Source of the DNA: Phoronis australis
Taxonomy: Eukaryota > Animalia > Phoronida
Assembly: GCA_002633005.1 (NCBI GenBank)
Contig: NMRA01000165.1
Coordinates: 677,558 to 741,557, forward strand
DNA: 64,000 bases
Direction of reading: 5' to 3'
Part shown: piece by piece, positions 11,498 to 22,097 of the stretch
Layout of the letters: every line of letters starts with the position of its first letter
Numbering within the stretch: position 1 is the first letter of the stretch
Made by a program: the position numbers and the translations under genes
Notes under the pieces: model-generated
Told to the model about the DNA's origin: nothing
Seen by the model: the letters and a program-made list of their open reading frames with translations, nothing else
The model's database searches: none

Positions 11498-14400
11498 TAA
11501 GGCCCCTCTGTGGCAAGGGATAATGGAGACAACTGGAGAAAATTGATGACCTGACAGATAGCATAAACTACTGAGCATTTCCTGTTTTTTGGAAATGAGA
11601 GATCTCCATGTTTAGAATTAATCGTCACTCTTTTCCATGCTATACTTTATTTGGCCTTAATTCTAAGGAGCCGCCTTTCAGACAAGGCCCGTCTCTGTGG
11701 GCGGTCACTGTACAAGTAAATCCAACCGTGACACTGCGAAGTATTCAGGAAGGGAAGTTGTGTTCAAATTTATCAAAAAATAACAAAACATTCGTGCAAA
11801 GCACAGCAGTTAGTATCAAGACATTCAACCAAAAAAAAACAAAGAATGTGAAAAACACAATAGTACTGACCGCCAGCGAAAGAGTGGACGTTTGACGAAC
11901 TAAGACCACTATGTATGTTTGTGAATTCAGTGCGCAAAAGGACTATTTCCGATGGTTTTATAGAATAACGTTTTTCCCATAGTATCGGCAATAGTATTTC
12001 TTTTGAAGATAGTTACGAGGAGTTGTTTGTAGGAATTCGCACATGTCGAAAAGGTTGTCGGGGTACGATTTTTGATGTCCGTGTACATATCAAAGTACTC
12101 GCAATCGACTAAGATTTCAGCATGCGATGCCACATCTCCAGTGTAGTTCTGGTTGCCAGTCAAAAATCTGCGAGCACACCTTCGGAAATTGCTAATAACG
12201 TTGCGTTTTGATACGTGTTTATTATCTACGAAAATCGGCAGATTCATAGATGATTTTTTGACAATTAGAAGCTAATCTTGTAAGAAATGATGCTTCAGTG
12301 AATTTCATTGCAGCCTGAACTAGTTGGGAAATCTCTGTAATCCGATCCTCAAATAGCAAAGTAACCTTTGACGATGTGACAGTTCGTTATTGCTCGAGAC
12401 CAGGCTCCGTATGATGGCTCGTCACAGCGTGTCATTTTATGCCGCATAACAAACAAACAAATTTTCTATCGGGTTTGAGATCGTCAGACGCCAAAATCTC
12501 GTGTTTCGCTTGTAATGCGTGGGCCCGTTCCAAGAAACTGGCTTAAATTCGTCTTTGACTTAAGTTTAAGATTTGTCTCAATTGGCCCATTGGCAATAAC
12601 TGAGGCGACTGATCTTGAATTTTCGTGGGTGTATTGTGCTATTTTCCTTGACATGGTATGATGCATGAAAACGTCACGAATATCCATCCACACGTGTATT
12701 ATTCACACAAACAGTCTAAAATTGACAGATGGGATTAATATCTCTCATATTCTACAAAATCCCGGGGGTACCGCGTTCACCAGGAGGATGGGCTCTACCT
12801 ATTGCTAGGTAAAGCTTCGATGAAATAGTTACCCTTTTGCAGGATTTTGCTCCACAAATACCACATTTTTGTAGGTTTTTAATGACATAAATCTAACCCT
12901 GTGTTTTTAACGCATCAAGTCTCAAACACACACACGTGGGTGGGAACGTATTGTCATTTTGTCCTGGCGTACTGTTTTCCGTTCCATATCTCAAAAGCCC
13001 TGGTCAGATTTTGACAATATTTAGCACAAGGGTGTAGGCCGGGTGTCCCTAGAACGGTTTATGGTACTTTTCAATCTGCCTCTAGGGGGCCGTGGATTTT
13101 CAGTATTTTTAAAGCGTTTCTGGATGATATCTAGCTAGAGAATGGATGGACGGACTGAGATATAAATGCGCCGGTACAACTGCGGGAGGATTCGACCACT
13201 GCAGCACCTTCTAGTGGCCATTTTGTCTCAAGGGGCTTGATAGCGGAGAAGAGCATTTCTTGGTGATACGGTATCTGGTAAAATTTGTAGCCCTGAGCCG
13301 GATGTCTTATTATATAAGTGAACCCTTTTGTTGGACATTAAACCGAAAAGCACTGCACCCTTTTGTGGGGAATTTTGTCCGCGGAAAAGGCACAAGGAAT
13401 AAACTGATTGTGAGAAAGTCGCCTATAACATCGGCACGTCCCGGGACTACAATGTATCCCGGTACTACAAATGTGTTTTCTGCACACATACAGCTAACAA
13501 AACATTCCAAACAAGGTTAAGCAGATGAGAACTACACTTCATACTTTTGTAAACACTGAGTATATAAATCCCCCCCCCAAAAAAAAACTGGTGTGGTCTA
13601 CCTGGCATCGCTAAAAAAGGGTCTCGCTGATATGATCAATGCTGACAATTTATGAAAGTAGAAAATTGAATAGAGTACTACAGGCCCACTATAACTGTCA
13701 CCGACGTTTTTGATTTAAAAGACGTGTACGTACTCAATACTCTTCTGTCCCTTGTCAAGGGCTCATTAAAAGCAATATTCCATGATGGTGCGTCTAAATT
13801 CCAGCTAAGATGCCCTCACTAAACTCTGGTTTAGGATCAGGAGCCACCAAAACCAGTGCCGGATTAACAGCTTAGCAGAAGTAGAATATGGACCCCGCAC
13901 TGTTTAGGGACCCACGCTTTTTGGAGTCCCGCGCTCACAGCATTTTTGGAGGCACCATGTACATGTTCCTACGCCTATGAATGCACTGGCCTCTGCTGAT
14001 GGAAAGTAGGATTAAGGGTGAAAGGTCCCACTGAGCGATGTTCAACGAACTTTAGGTGTCGTAGTGCTGCTCAAACCTTTTAAAAGCTTCCGCATGAAAA
14101 CAGTGTGCCCTAAAAGTGCAGAGACTCACCAACGCCCCAGGAATTCATTGAATTTACAATTTGATCTGGGTTGTTAAAATCCAGAGCAAAATTTGCAGTA
14201 TTCAAATTTGCGCGAAATATATCTTTTTGACAAAGGTAGCATTCTTGATAATTGACACAAGCGCGAGGGCCGTGATTAGCGGTGTGTGAATTATTATGAA
14301 ATCGTCCAATTGGATCCATAGCTAGCGTTGTCCAGAAGACACACTGTATCATCATTAAAGAGTAGCCATCAATTGCTGTGTGTCTCAAAGTGGAAATTTC

Positions 14401-15059
14401 ACGTAATGCTTTTACTCGGGGATAAACATTGTGTGACCATTTAAGTAGGGACCCTACGCTTCGAATAATGCCACAGGCCCCGCAATTGCTTAATCCGGCA
14501 CTGACCAAACCTGCTGTACAATTCCGTAGACCCGCACTCTATACGGTACGACAATGCAAACTCCAGTCCCGGGGACCATATTCCATGGCCGCGCATTTAA
14601 ATTTCAGCTGCGGCCATGCAGTCTGAACGTGGGAATGGAGTCGGGTTTTAGGGTATGGAGAAAATTCTTATGCCAAGCACACTATGAAATTTGTACCAAG
14701 AATCTGTTTACAATGTTTTAATGAAACACTATGTTTCACCACTGTTTCGATTTTCTAAAAAACCTCTTATCGGAACTAGTTTATAAATTCGTTTTGAAAC
14801 TTCAATCAAAGAAGCATGGAACAATCAAAGCGGCTATAAACCTGCCTTCCATCAGTTTTTTTGTTTAGACTACTTAACGTTATGAAATTGGCCTGATGTT
14901 GTTCCTAAGTCGAATTGGAGACGATGTGGGGCTTCGTAATTACGAACTAGCAGTTCGTTACAGTGAAGTTCTATATTTTTTCTTTCCAAGAACAATTCAT
15001 TATCAGCAAGTACCATTACAATGTAAATCACAATGAGCACATACACACACGCACCCATT

Positions 15060-15540
15060 CAATGATGGCAATAATGTGAGCAAATTTTAACCATCTATTT
15101 CTAAATCTACCAAACAGTGTAGTTTTTCGAAAAATACATTTCTCTGTGAGGTGGTACTGTTTTAAAATATCAACAAAAGCATTAATAGATGGTAAAGCGC
15201 CCCCCAATCTTTGACATATCGCTAGAATGAAAATTAAGTTTGTAGATAAATATGTGTTGTTGATTTCAAAAAGAAAATTAGCATTCATTATTCTTTCATC
15301 GCTTTCACTGAAGTATAATTCAAAATTATCTTCCCAGAAAGTTCTGGTGTATTTATAATGGACAAATAAGTGCATCAAAGTTTCTGGGGCTTTATTACAA
15401 AATGTACGAGCATAAGAATCCGAGGTGCCTATTTTATAAAGGTAAACTATGAATTTGTAAATAATATTCCATGAACCAGTCGATACTGGAATCACCTCAA
15501 TTTAACATCTAGAGAAAAAATAAAACCATTTAAGTGCACT
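15060..15540 (-). mobile_element. 5'-truncated LINE (L1/Tx1-like) ORF2 C-terminal zf-RVT fragment, decayed
   Basis: Translates, with stops and frameshifts, to DVKLR*FQYRLVHGIL...YLYKIG...TFCNKAPETLMHLF...TFWED...RFRNRW, typical of the post-RT zinc-binding region of non-LTR retrotransposons. Confidence 0.65.
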
Positions 15541-16966
15541 GTTTTGCAACACATAATTCATTACTCATCTCACTAATCCATTTATCCTGTCAGATCGGTT
15601 TCATGCAGTTCAACTAAAAGTAATGTCTGGAAACCAAATACACCAGTGTATGTCAGCAACAAACTACGTAAAATCTTGAAAATCCACGTTGCGCATTTTA
15701 ATCGCTTCTGATGCAAACAAAATATTTTGCAGATGGTCTTAGCATAAAAAATCTTAAGAGCACGTCCACGAATGGACCAGGCAAAAAGTGATAAAGGCTA
15801 TGTCACGGATTTCCTCGATTGTTTGCATGATGGTAGGGGGTGATGCCCCAACCTTCATACCAACATTAATTTTTTGCGTGCGCCACCTTGTGGTTGCTAT
15901 GGGAACGTGTTGTTTTTCTGCCAATTCCAAGCCTCGTTACAGCTACATTTTGGCACTTTTTGCGAACTTACCTTGAGAACAATAGTGCAAAATGAAACAC
16001 CTCAAGTTTATCACTGAATTGGGGTGTCTTTCAACTTGCCAGTCATAGAAAATGTCAAGGTTTCAGTTGCATCTTAACCGTTTTTGAAGGCTACCAGTTT
16101 AGCTAGTTTGTGGTGATTCCAAAATGTTGAAAATTGCCCTACTTCCTGCCTCAATATCTCAGCTGAAGCCAAATTTAAAACAACAAAACTACAACCAGTG
16201 TTTAGATTGATCTTAGCTCTACAAAATAAATTTATAAAAAGTCTAGGCAATCACCCTTCTTCATACCGCTTCGGGCTCTAGAAGTAGGGCACCTCACCAA
16301 AATTATGCAACTGGCCAATGTCTGCATAGTAACAAATGTATGCGAGGATTCAAAATACAGTTTTGAAATCTTAAAATGGGCGATCGAACATATCAAGAGA
16401 GCTTTAATTTTGTTGCTTTACAGAAAATAATGAGAAGCACAACAAGGCACGTTGGTTTCCTTTGATCCTGACGATAACGCTGCCAATAGCATGTGCAAGG
16501 CACACCGTTTCAAAATGCATTATGGTTGAGTAAAAAATCTCTTAAGTAAGTCTTCAGTTATACATAACTGGGAACTCGAATTCTGAAATTTTAATGTGTG
16601 GGTCTGATTGAAATTCAGTTTTCTAATGTTCTCGAAGTCGATTGATCGTGTCCCGAAGCAGGTTAGAAAAACTGATCTTATAAGGATAGTCGACTACCGG
16701 TGAAATTGGCGTTGTTGAATAACTCTTCTTACGCTTCTCATTCGGGAAAGTCCCCGAACAGCACACGCCCAGATGTGCATATGGATGTCTGAATATTCTC
16801 GCAATATGGATACCAATGTTTTTTAGTTTTCACCGACAACGCATAGAATGATGTGTTTGCGGAAAGTTTGTAGACATTTTCATAAAAACACAGGAAACCA
16901 AGTATTTCACACGTAAGATAGCAGAAAAATTAGTTCAGATGTTTTTTTGCATCCATCACAGTCTCA

Positions 16967-17237
16967 ATGGCGGATTCCAGGAGGGGCCAAGGGGGTCATG
17001 CCCCCCTAAAATTCTCCCAGATACCATTTGTCAGTTCGGGGTGCGAATTGCTGACTAGCATATGCGCGCACCCAGGGGGCTCCGTGGACGAACAAACCCG
17101 TTTACCGGATTTTTTTAGTAATAAGGTCCACAAACCCAAAAATTTGAGACCCCTGCATCCCTACATTTTAGGGTGGGCGCGCGGATGAGGCGAAATTCTG
17201 TGCCCTGCCCCCCAACTCAAAATCTTGGATCCGCCCG
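16967..17237. mobile_element. GGCGGAT...ATCCGCC MITE family copy with a second MITE nested inside (~17060-17188)
   Basis: Shares aaattctcccagat.ccatt.g.cagttcggg..tgcgaat and cccaactcaaaatc.tggatccgccc with 53861-53991 and 62352-62517. The internal insert has gcgcaccc...gggtgggcgc ends like the 54504 and 60580 elements. Confidence 0.65.
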
Positions 17238-20200
17238 AGTTTAGTATGGGTATGCAATGGTGTTTGGTGCTTACCATCAGTCAGACTCCAAAAATTCAGA
17301 AGTCTGGAGACTAATACATGTAGTGTCAGCTACTTCATTGAAAAATCATAAGACAATTCATGTGCAGCAAAACGAAAATAAAACACACAAAGTTAACATT
17401 CAGACTGCATATAGGTGAACTTGGGTAATCCTGCAAAGAGATTTTGGAACAAAGTTGGGCAATATTTAAAAACTGTCCTGATTTAACTTATTGTTTATTA
17501 TGTTAGACATAGAGATGCAGCAGCGCAGGTTATACTGTACTTATGTAGCAAAACGATAAGATAGCCAAATATTAAACAAAAACCAAAGTAGTTTAGAGTA
17601 TAGTAATACTATATTGAGGCTGACACAGGCAAATTACACGCCATAAATCAAGTAAATAGAAAAGAACAAATGTGGTCACATTTACAAAATGCGAGCAAAT
17701 TAGGTGTACAATGAGACACCTTTAGTCAGCATAGACGACACGTCACGAAATGGAAATAACATTTTGTCTGACTACTTTTGACATACTGTATTTCAAATGT
17801 CTCTGAGTCTTGTATACATGAAATGTGCTACTGCGGCAATTCCATTGACTCAACAATCTTTTGTCACAGTTCAAATTGACGGTCTTCCTCAGCGATTCTT
17901 TTCATTCCAAAGGCATCAAATTGTGCGAGTTTCCCAGAACGATTGAGTGCTGCTAAACGGGAAAATATTTAATCTGCTGAGGCGAGAGACATTCTTCAGA
18001 ACATCAATATGACCAGGAGCAATACATTCATGGGTAACATATAATGCTTTGCTGGCTTTTTGTTTGTAATATCGTTAGGACCTTTCGGCAAATTCATCGA
18101 CGTCAATTAGAAGCTGGGTCCTAACAGGGTTGACTCTTCCATCAGATGCAGCAGTGAGAAACTGATTCGACTTATGGATCTTTGGCAAAGGCGTGGGCAG
18201 CCAGAATGATGGTTGGTCCCCCTCGTTTCCACTTGAAAAATGTGCCTGTAAATATTACAATTATATGCAACTTAATCCGTAAACACAAGAATTATATTTT
18301 CCATAAATAGCCTTTCCCCAAAGTATTTATTTTCACCATTCAAAATAGCTTGGAAGGATTGCCACTCACATATGCATGCAACCCTCATTGTGTGCAAGCA
18401 GCACTCAAAACAAAAGGTGTCGTCAATTAATCAAAATGTAAGTTCATTACTAAAACCTGAAAAACCATCAATTTTGATATATAGCATTGCCACGGCTTCG
18501 AAATGCCATAAAGTTAAGACAAGATCCAACACTCTTCATGCCACGATCCTGATTGAGAAAATTTTATGTTTTAGTACATGATTTTCAGGCTAAAAGGAAT
18601 ACAATTGCATCTTCAATATTTTTAGCTAAATGCACCTTTCAAAATTTGCCTCAGTGGTCACTAAAACAACCCGGAGCAACTATAAAAATCCTGTTATGAC
18701 CTATTTGGAGTACCTAGTAAGCTTTCATTACAAGCAGTCTTCCCTATCAGAGGAATTTTCAAATGTTGACAGTTGTGGTGAAATAACTGGAACAGAACTA
18801 AACGGATTGTGCACTTATGAACATCTCCTCAAATAAACATACAGTACAGTGTAGTTCAAGGTCTGTTAACGCTATCCATTGACTCACAAGCTCTGGCTCA
18901 AACACGCAAAACATAACTTATGCACCTAAAAATCGCATTGCGTGGAGCCAAATCCACTTTGTCCGAGAGACATGGTTGACAAGACAGTAAATACAGAATA
19001 CATGCAAAGTGTTTTGTCTGCAAATACAAGGACATTGTTACAGTCCATCAGTAATGTTTGCTAGCAGATGAGTTAGTGAGACCGTCACCAGTTTTTGAGT
19101 CAATGCACAGTTTACCAGCCCACCAGCCCTGTTTACATTTGAGGCAATTTGCGCAAACCTTGATGTTACATACTCCTGTAACAATGAACAACTTGTGCAG
19201 TAAAACTTCAGAGATGCAAAATTTACTGAATGCAAGGCATTTTTATTTGTCTATGAGGTTTATAAGCAACCACAATACAACTGAAATAAAAATCTACAAC
19301 AACTACTGTTTTGCTATCATTAAATGTTGATGCACTTAATCCTGGAACCAAGAATCTCAGAAAAAGGCTTTGTGTAACAACACTCCAATTCATTAAGTAA
19401 CTACTTACTAGTACTCTTTCTGTAGTAAGCTCAATACAAGTGGCTAACTTCTTTGGCAAACGCTTACAATTTCTGCATAGACCTGCAATAGAATTTTATG
19501 GAAAGTAGGCATAACAGAACTCCCAATAGAATGCTGTATTTTGAATCCCCAAATGTTTTCCCCAGTCTTGTTCATGAGGTTGAATGCTTCAGGTATTAGG
19601 GACCTTAATGGTGTTAAAACTTTAGCCATGGTAATTAAAATAGACCCCATTGTAATGGGGTTCCACTGCATATTTGGAAAATTATGTATCTTTGGTTATA
19701 CAGATAGAGCAATGTGAGAAATTGGTGTCAGCTAGGAGACAAGGGCTCGATTAAATCTTTTGATAATGGACACCAAGTTTCCACTTTTTACACATGCGTA
19801 TTCCTAAAATGGAATGTATTTCGACAAACCCTGAATATTGAGATAAAGTGAATATTTTACTAATACAAGTCAGTACTGGAAGAATTTACTAAAATTACTC
19901 TAGTACTCGAGTGTGTCGCTTTACGTACTTCATATAGGGTTGTGCCCTTCATGTCGACTGCAGTCAGAATCTAGTTGAGAAGGCAAATATAATAAAGTCG
20001 TTATCAACAGGTATAGACTATTGATGACCTGCAGCTGCATAACAACTTACCTGTGTAGTGATTCTTCAAAGGTGTCTTACCTTACATCTTAGTTGTCCGT
20101 GGTCGAGCTCAATAGTTCTGCTTTGGTGTGNTCTCGATTGTCGTCGTCACCCTCATCGTCGTCTTTTCGATTAGTTCCGCCAAGTGTCGCTCCTCCGAGC

Positions 20201-20705
20201 GCTCTCGTTTGTTTAGTCTTGACGTCCTCAGCTAATGGAACGTCGCTGACAGATGAGGCGGACACGGTTGGTGGGACATCATCAACAACGTCCATCACTT
20301 GACCACTAACAGGGTCAAGCATTCCGCCAACTTCCGAGGTTTGTTTATGCAACACATGTGTAATCGCCGGTGCGGTATCAATACACTTTCCACCTGGTTC
20401 AAGCGGAAATCGCAGCAATTCCACCAACTCAGCTATGGTGCTGCCCAACGCATCAAACGGGTCCACCCCAGCGGAGACATCCACAGTGACGTCCGATGGT
20501 GGATGGTTGGTGTCCCCCCCTGTCGCGCACTCTACGGGTGCTGTACCGCCCGCGCTATTTTCAGCGAACAGATGGCGTAAGCTTTCCAGCGTGTTGTCCT
20601 CGTCCGGGGTTGAAGTCAAGGGCTGGTATACGCCACAACCGGACGAGGGTGGGGGAACGCTGCTGACTTGCGATTTATGTGGGCTTGGAATGCCATGGAC
20701 CGGGG

Positions 20706-21635
20706 TTAAGCCCGAGACTCCGGTCCACTGTCGTTTTCCGAATGTTCGTCAAACTTCACAGTCCGAGACCCTACATTATTGAGCAGGGGGCAATCCCTTT
20801 TAATATGGTCCTTGCGCCCGCACGAAAAACATGCGCCACTCGAGGGCGACCTCGAGGCAGAACGCGGAGAACGTGATTCGTTGTAGGTTCTACCTTTGTC
20901 ACCCTGATCTCGGCCAGGCCTACTCCTGTCGCGGTCGCTAACAGCTAGGCGCGACAGGACCTTCTCAATGGCCTCACTGAGTGACCTCGAGGCAGAGCGC
21001 GGAGAACGTGATTCGTTGTAGGTTCTACCTTTGTCACCCCGATCTCGGCCAGGCCTACTCCTGTCGCGGTCGCTAACAGCTAGGCGCGACAGGACCTTCT
21101 CAATGGCTTCACTGAGACAGTCCTGGCTTTCGGCTAGAGAGCGACAAGACTCTTCCACCGCCAACATGCGCTGATCCATATCCCGCTCTGGGGGACCGTG
21201 GCGGCGTGCGGCCTGCGTGGGTGTGTCTCGTGCTTGGTTCACGGAGACGGGGGGCTCGCTAAATGGAGCAGCAGACCGACCATAAATCACACTGTGTGTA
21301 TGCACAAACCACTTCAGGGCGTCCACAGCGGCCTCATATGACGCAGGCCGAATACTCGCTGCGTACATGCCCGCAGCTTTGTTGTGGCACCCGTGACACA
21401 GCTTCGTAATTGCTTGTGTCTGAGCGTGGTGAGGGGAGACGTCATAAAACGCTTGGTTAGCCAGGGACAGGCAGCGGTCAGCCCAGTCATCTAAGGACTC
21501 GGAACTGCCTTGGACTGCGCTTGAAAACTGCAGTTGCGCGGTTTCGGGTAGTTGGTTTCCCGCGAACCTGCGTTCCATCTTAACCGCTATCGTAGTCAGC
21601 GAAACGTAAGGGGCATTGTCTGTCATAACGCTTAA
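20706..21635 (-). CDS. gag: Retrotransposon Gag, 5'-truncated (capsid-like region plus CCHC zinc knuckle)
   Basis: KMERRF..QLPETAQLQF...Q..ESLDDWADR..LA..AF capsid-like motif and CFSCGRKDHIKRDC (CX2CX4HX4C). Lies between the LTRs. Confidence 0.85.
   Translation of the reverse strand, partial: LSVMTDNAPYVSLTTIAVKMERRFAGNQLPETAQLQFSSAVQGSSESLDDWADRCLSLANQAFYDVSPHHAQTQAITKLCHGCHNKAAGMYAASIRPASYEAAVDALKWFVHTHSVIYGRSAAPFSEPPVSVNQARDTPTQAARRHGPPERDMDQRMLAVEESCRSLAESQDCLSEAIEKVLSRLAVSDRDRSRPGRDRGDKGRTYNESRSPRSASRSLSEAIEKVLSRLAVSDRDRSRPGRDQGDKGRTYNESRSPRSASRSPSSGACFSCGRKDHIKRDCPLLNNVGSRTVKFDEHSENDSGPESRA
20848..21117. repeat. 135-bp in-frame tandem duplication inside gag
   Basis: The 45-aa unit LSEAIEKVLSRLAVSDRDRSRPGRD(R/Q)GDKGRTYNESRSPRSASRS occurs twice with offset 135. 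Confidence 0.9.
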
Positions 21636-22021
21636 TCGTCGTGAGAGACCGTCCCGAGTTGGTATGTGGTGCAACTCGGGACGGTCTGGGGTCTACAGAA
21701 AACCATAGTTCAACTGAGAGTCTACACCAATGTGATAAACGAGAGTAGTTCTACTTGCTGCGTCAGCTGCTGGTATGCTTATCTCTTTTATGGCACACAA
21801 TGTGCGACTGGGCAAAGCGTTTTCAAAATAATGTGGATAAATCAGTGGAGTGTGAAACCCCTGAGGTCCCTGTCAAGTCCTCACGACAATTTTACGTTAT
21901 GTATAAGCGAAAAGTATTCGCTAGCTTTGCCCTCGAGGCAAAAACACAGCTGATCAACGCACTCTGCGCCCGTCATATCATTTGCTGCTACGTAGCGCTG
22001 AAATTTTTTAAAAAACGCCAC

Positions 22022-22097
22022 ATTATTATATCTTACTTGATTTCAGTGCCTTTAGTGCACAGCTCATAAAGAAACACGCAAAAATTGAAAAAAATAA
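22022..22097 (+). repeat. Copy of the left-end region of Kolobok-like copy B
   Basis: attattatatcttact.gatttca.tgcctttagtgcacagctcataaagaaacacgcaaaaattgaaaaaa matches 2548-2620 and ends at N 22098. Confidence 0.8.

Noticed and set aside
11927-12247. 106-aa minus-strand ORF
   Set aside because: No family recognised, and the length is within chance expectation.
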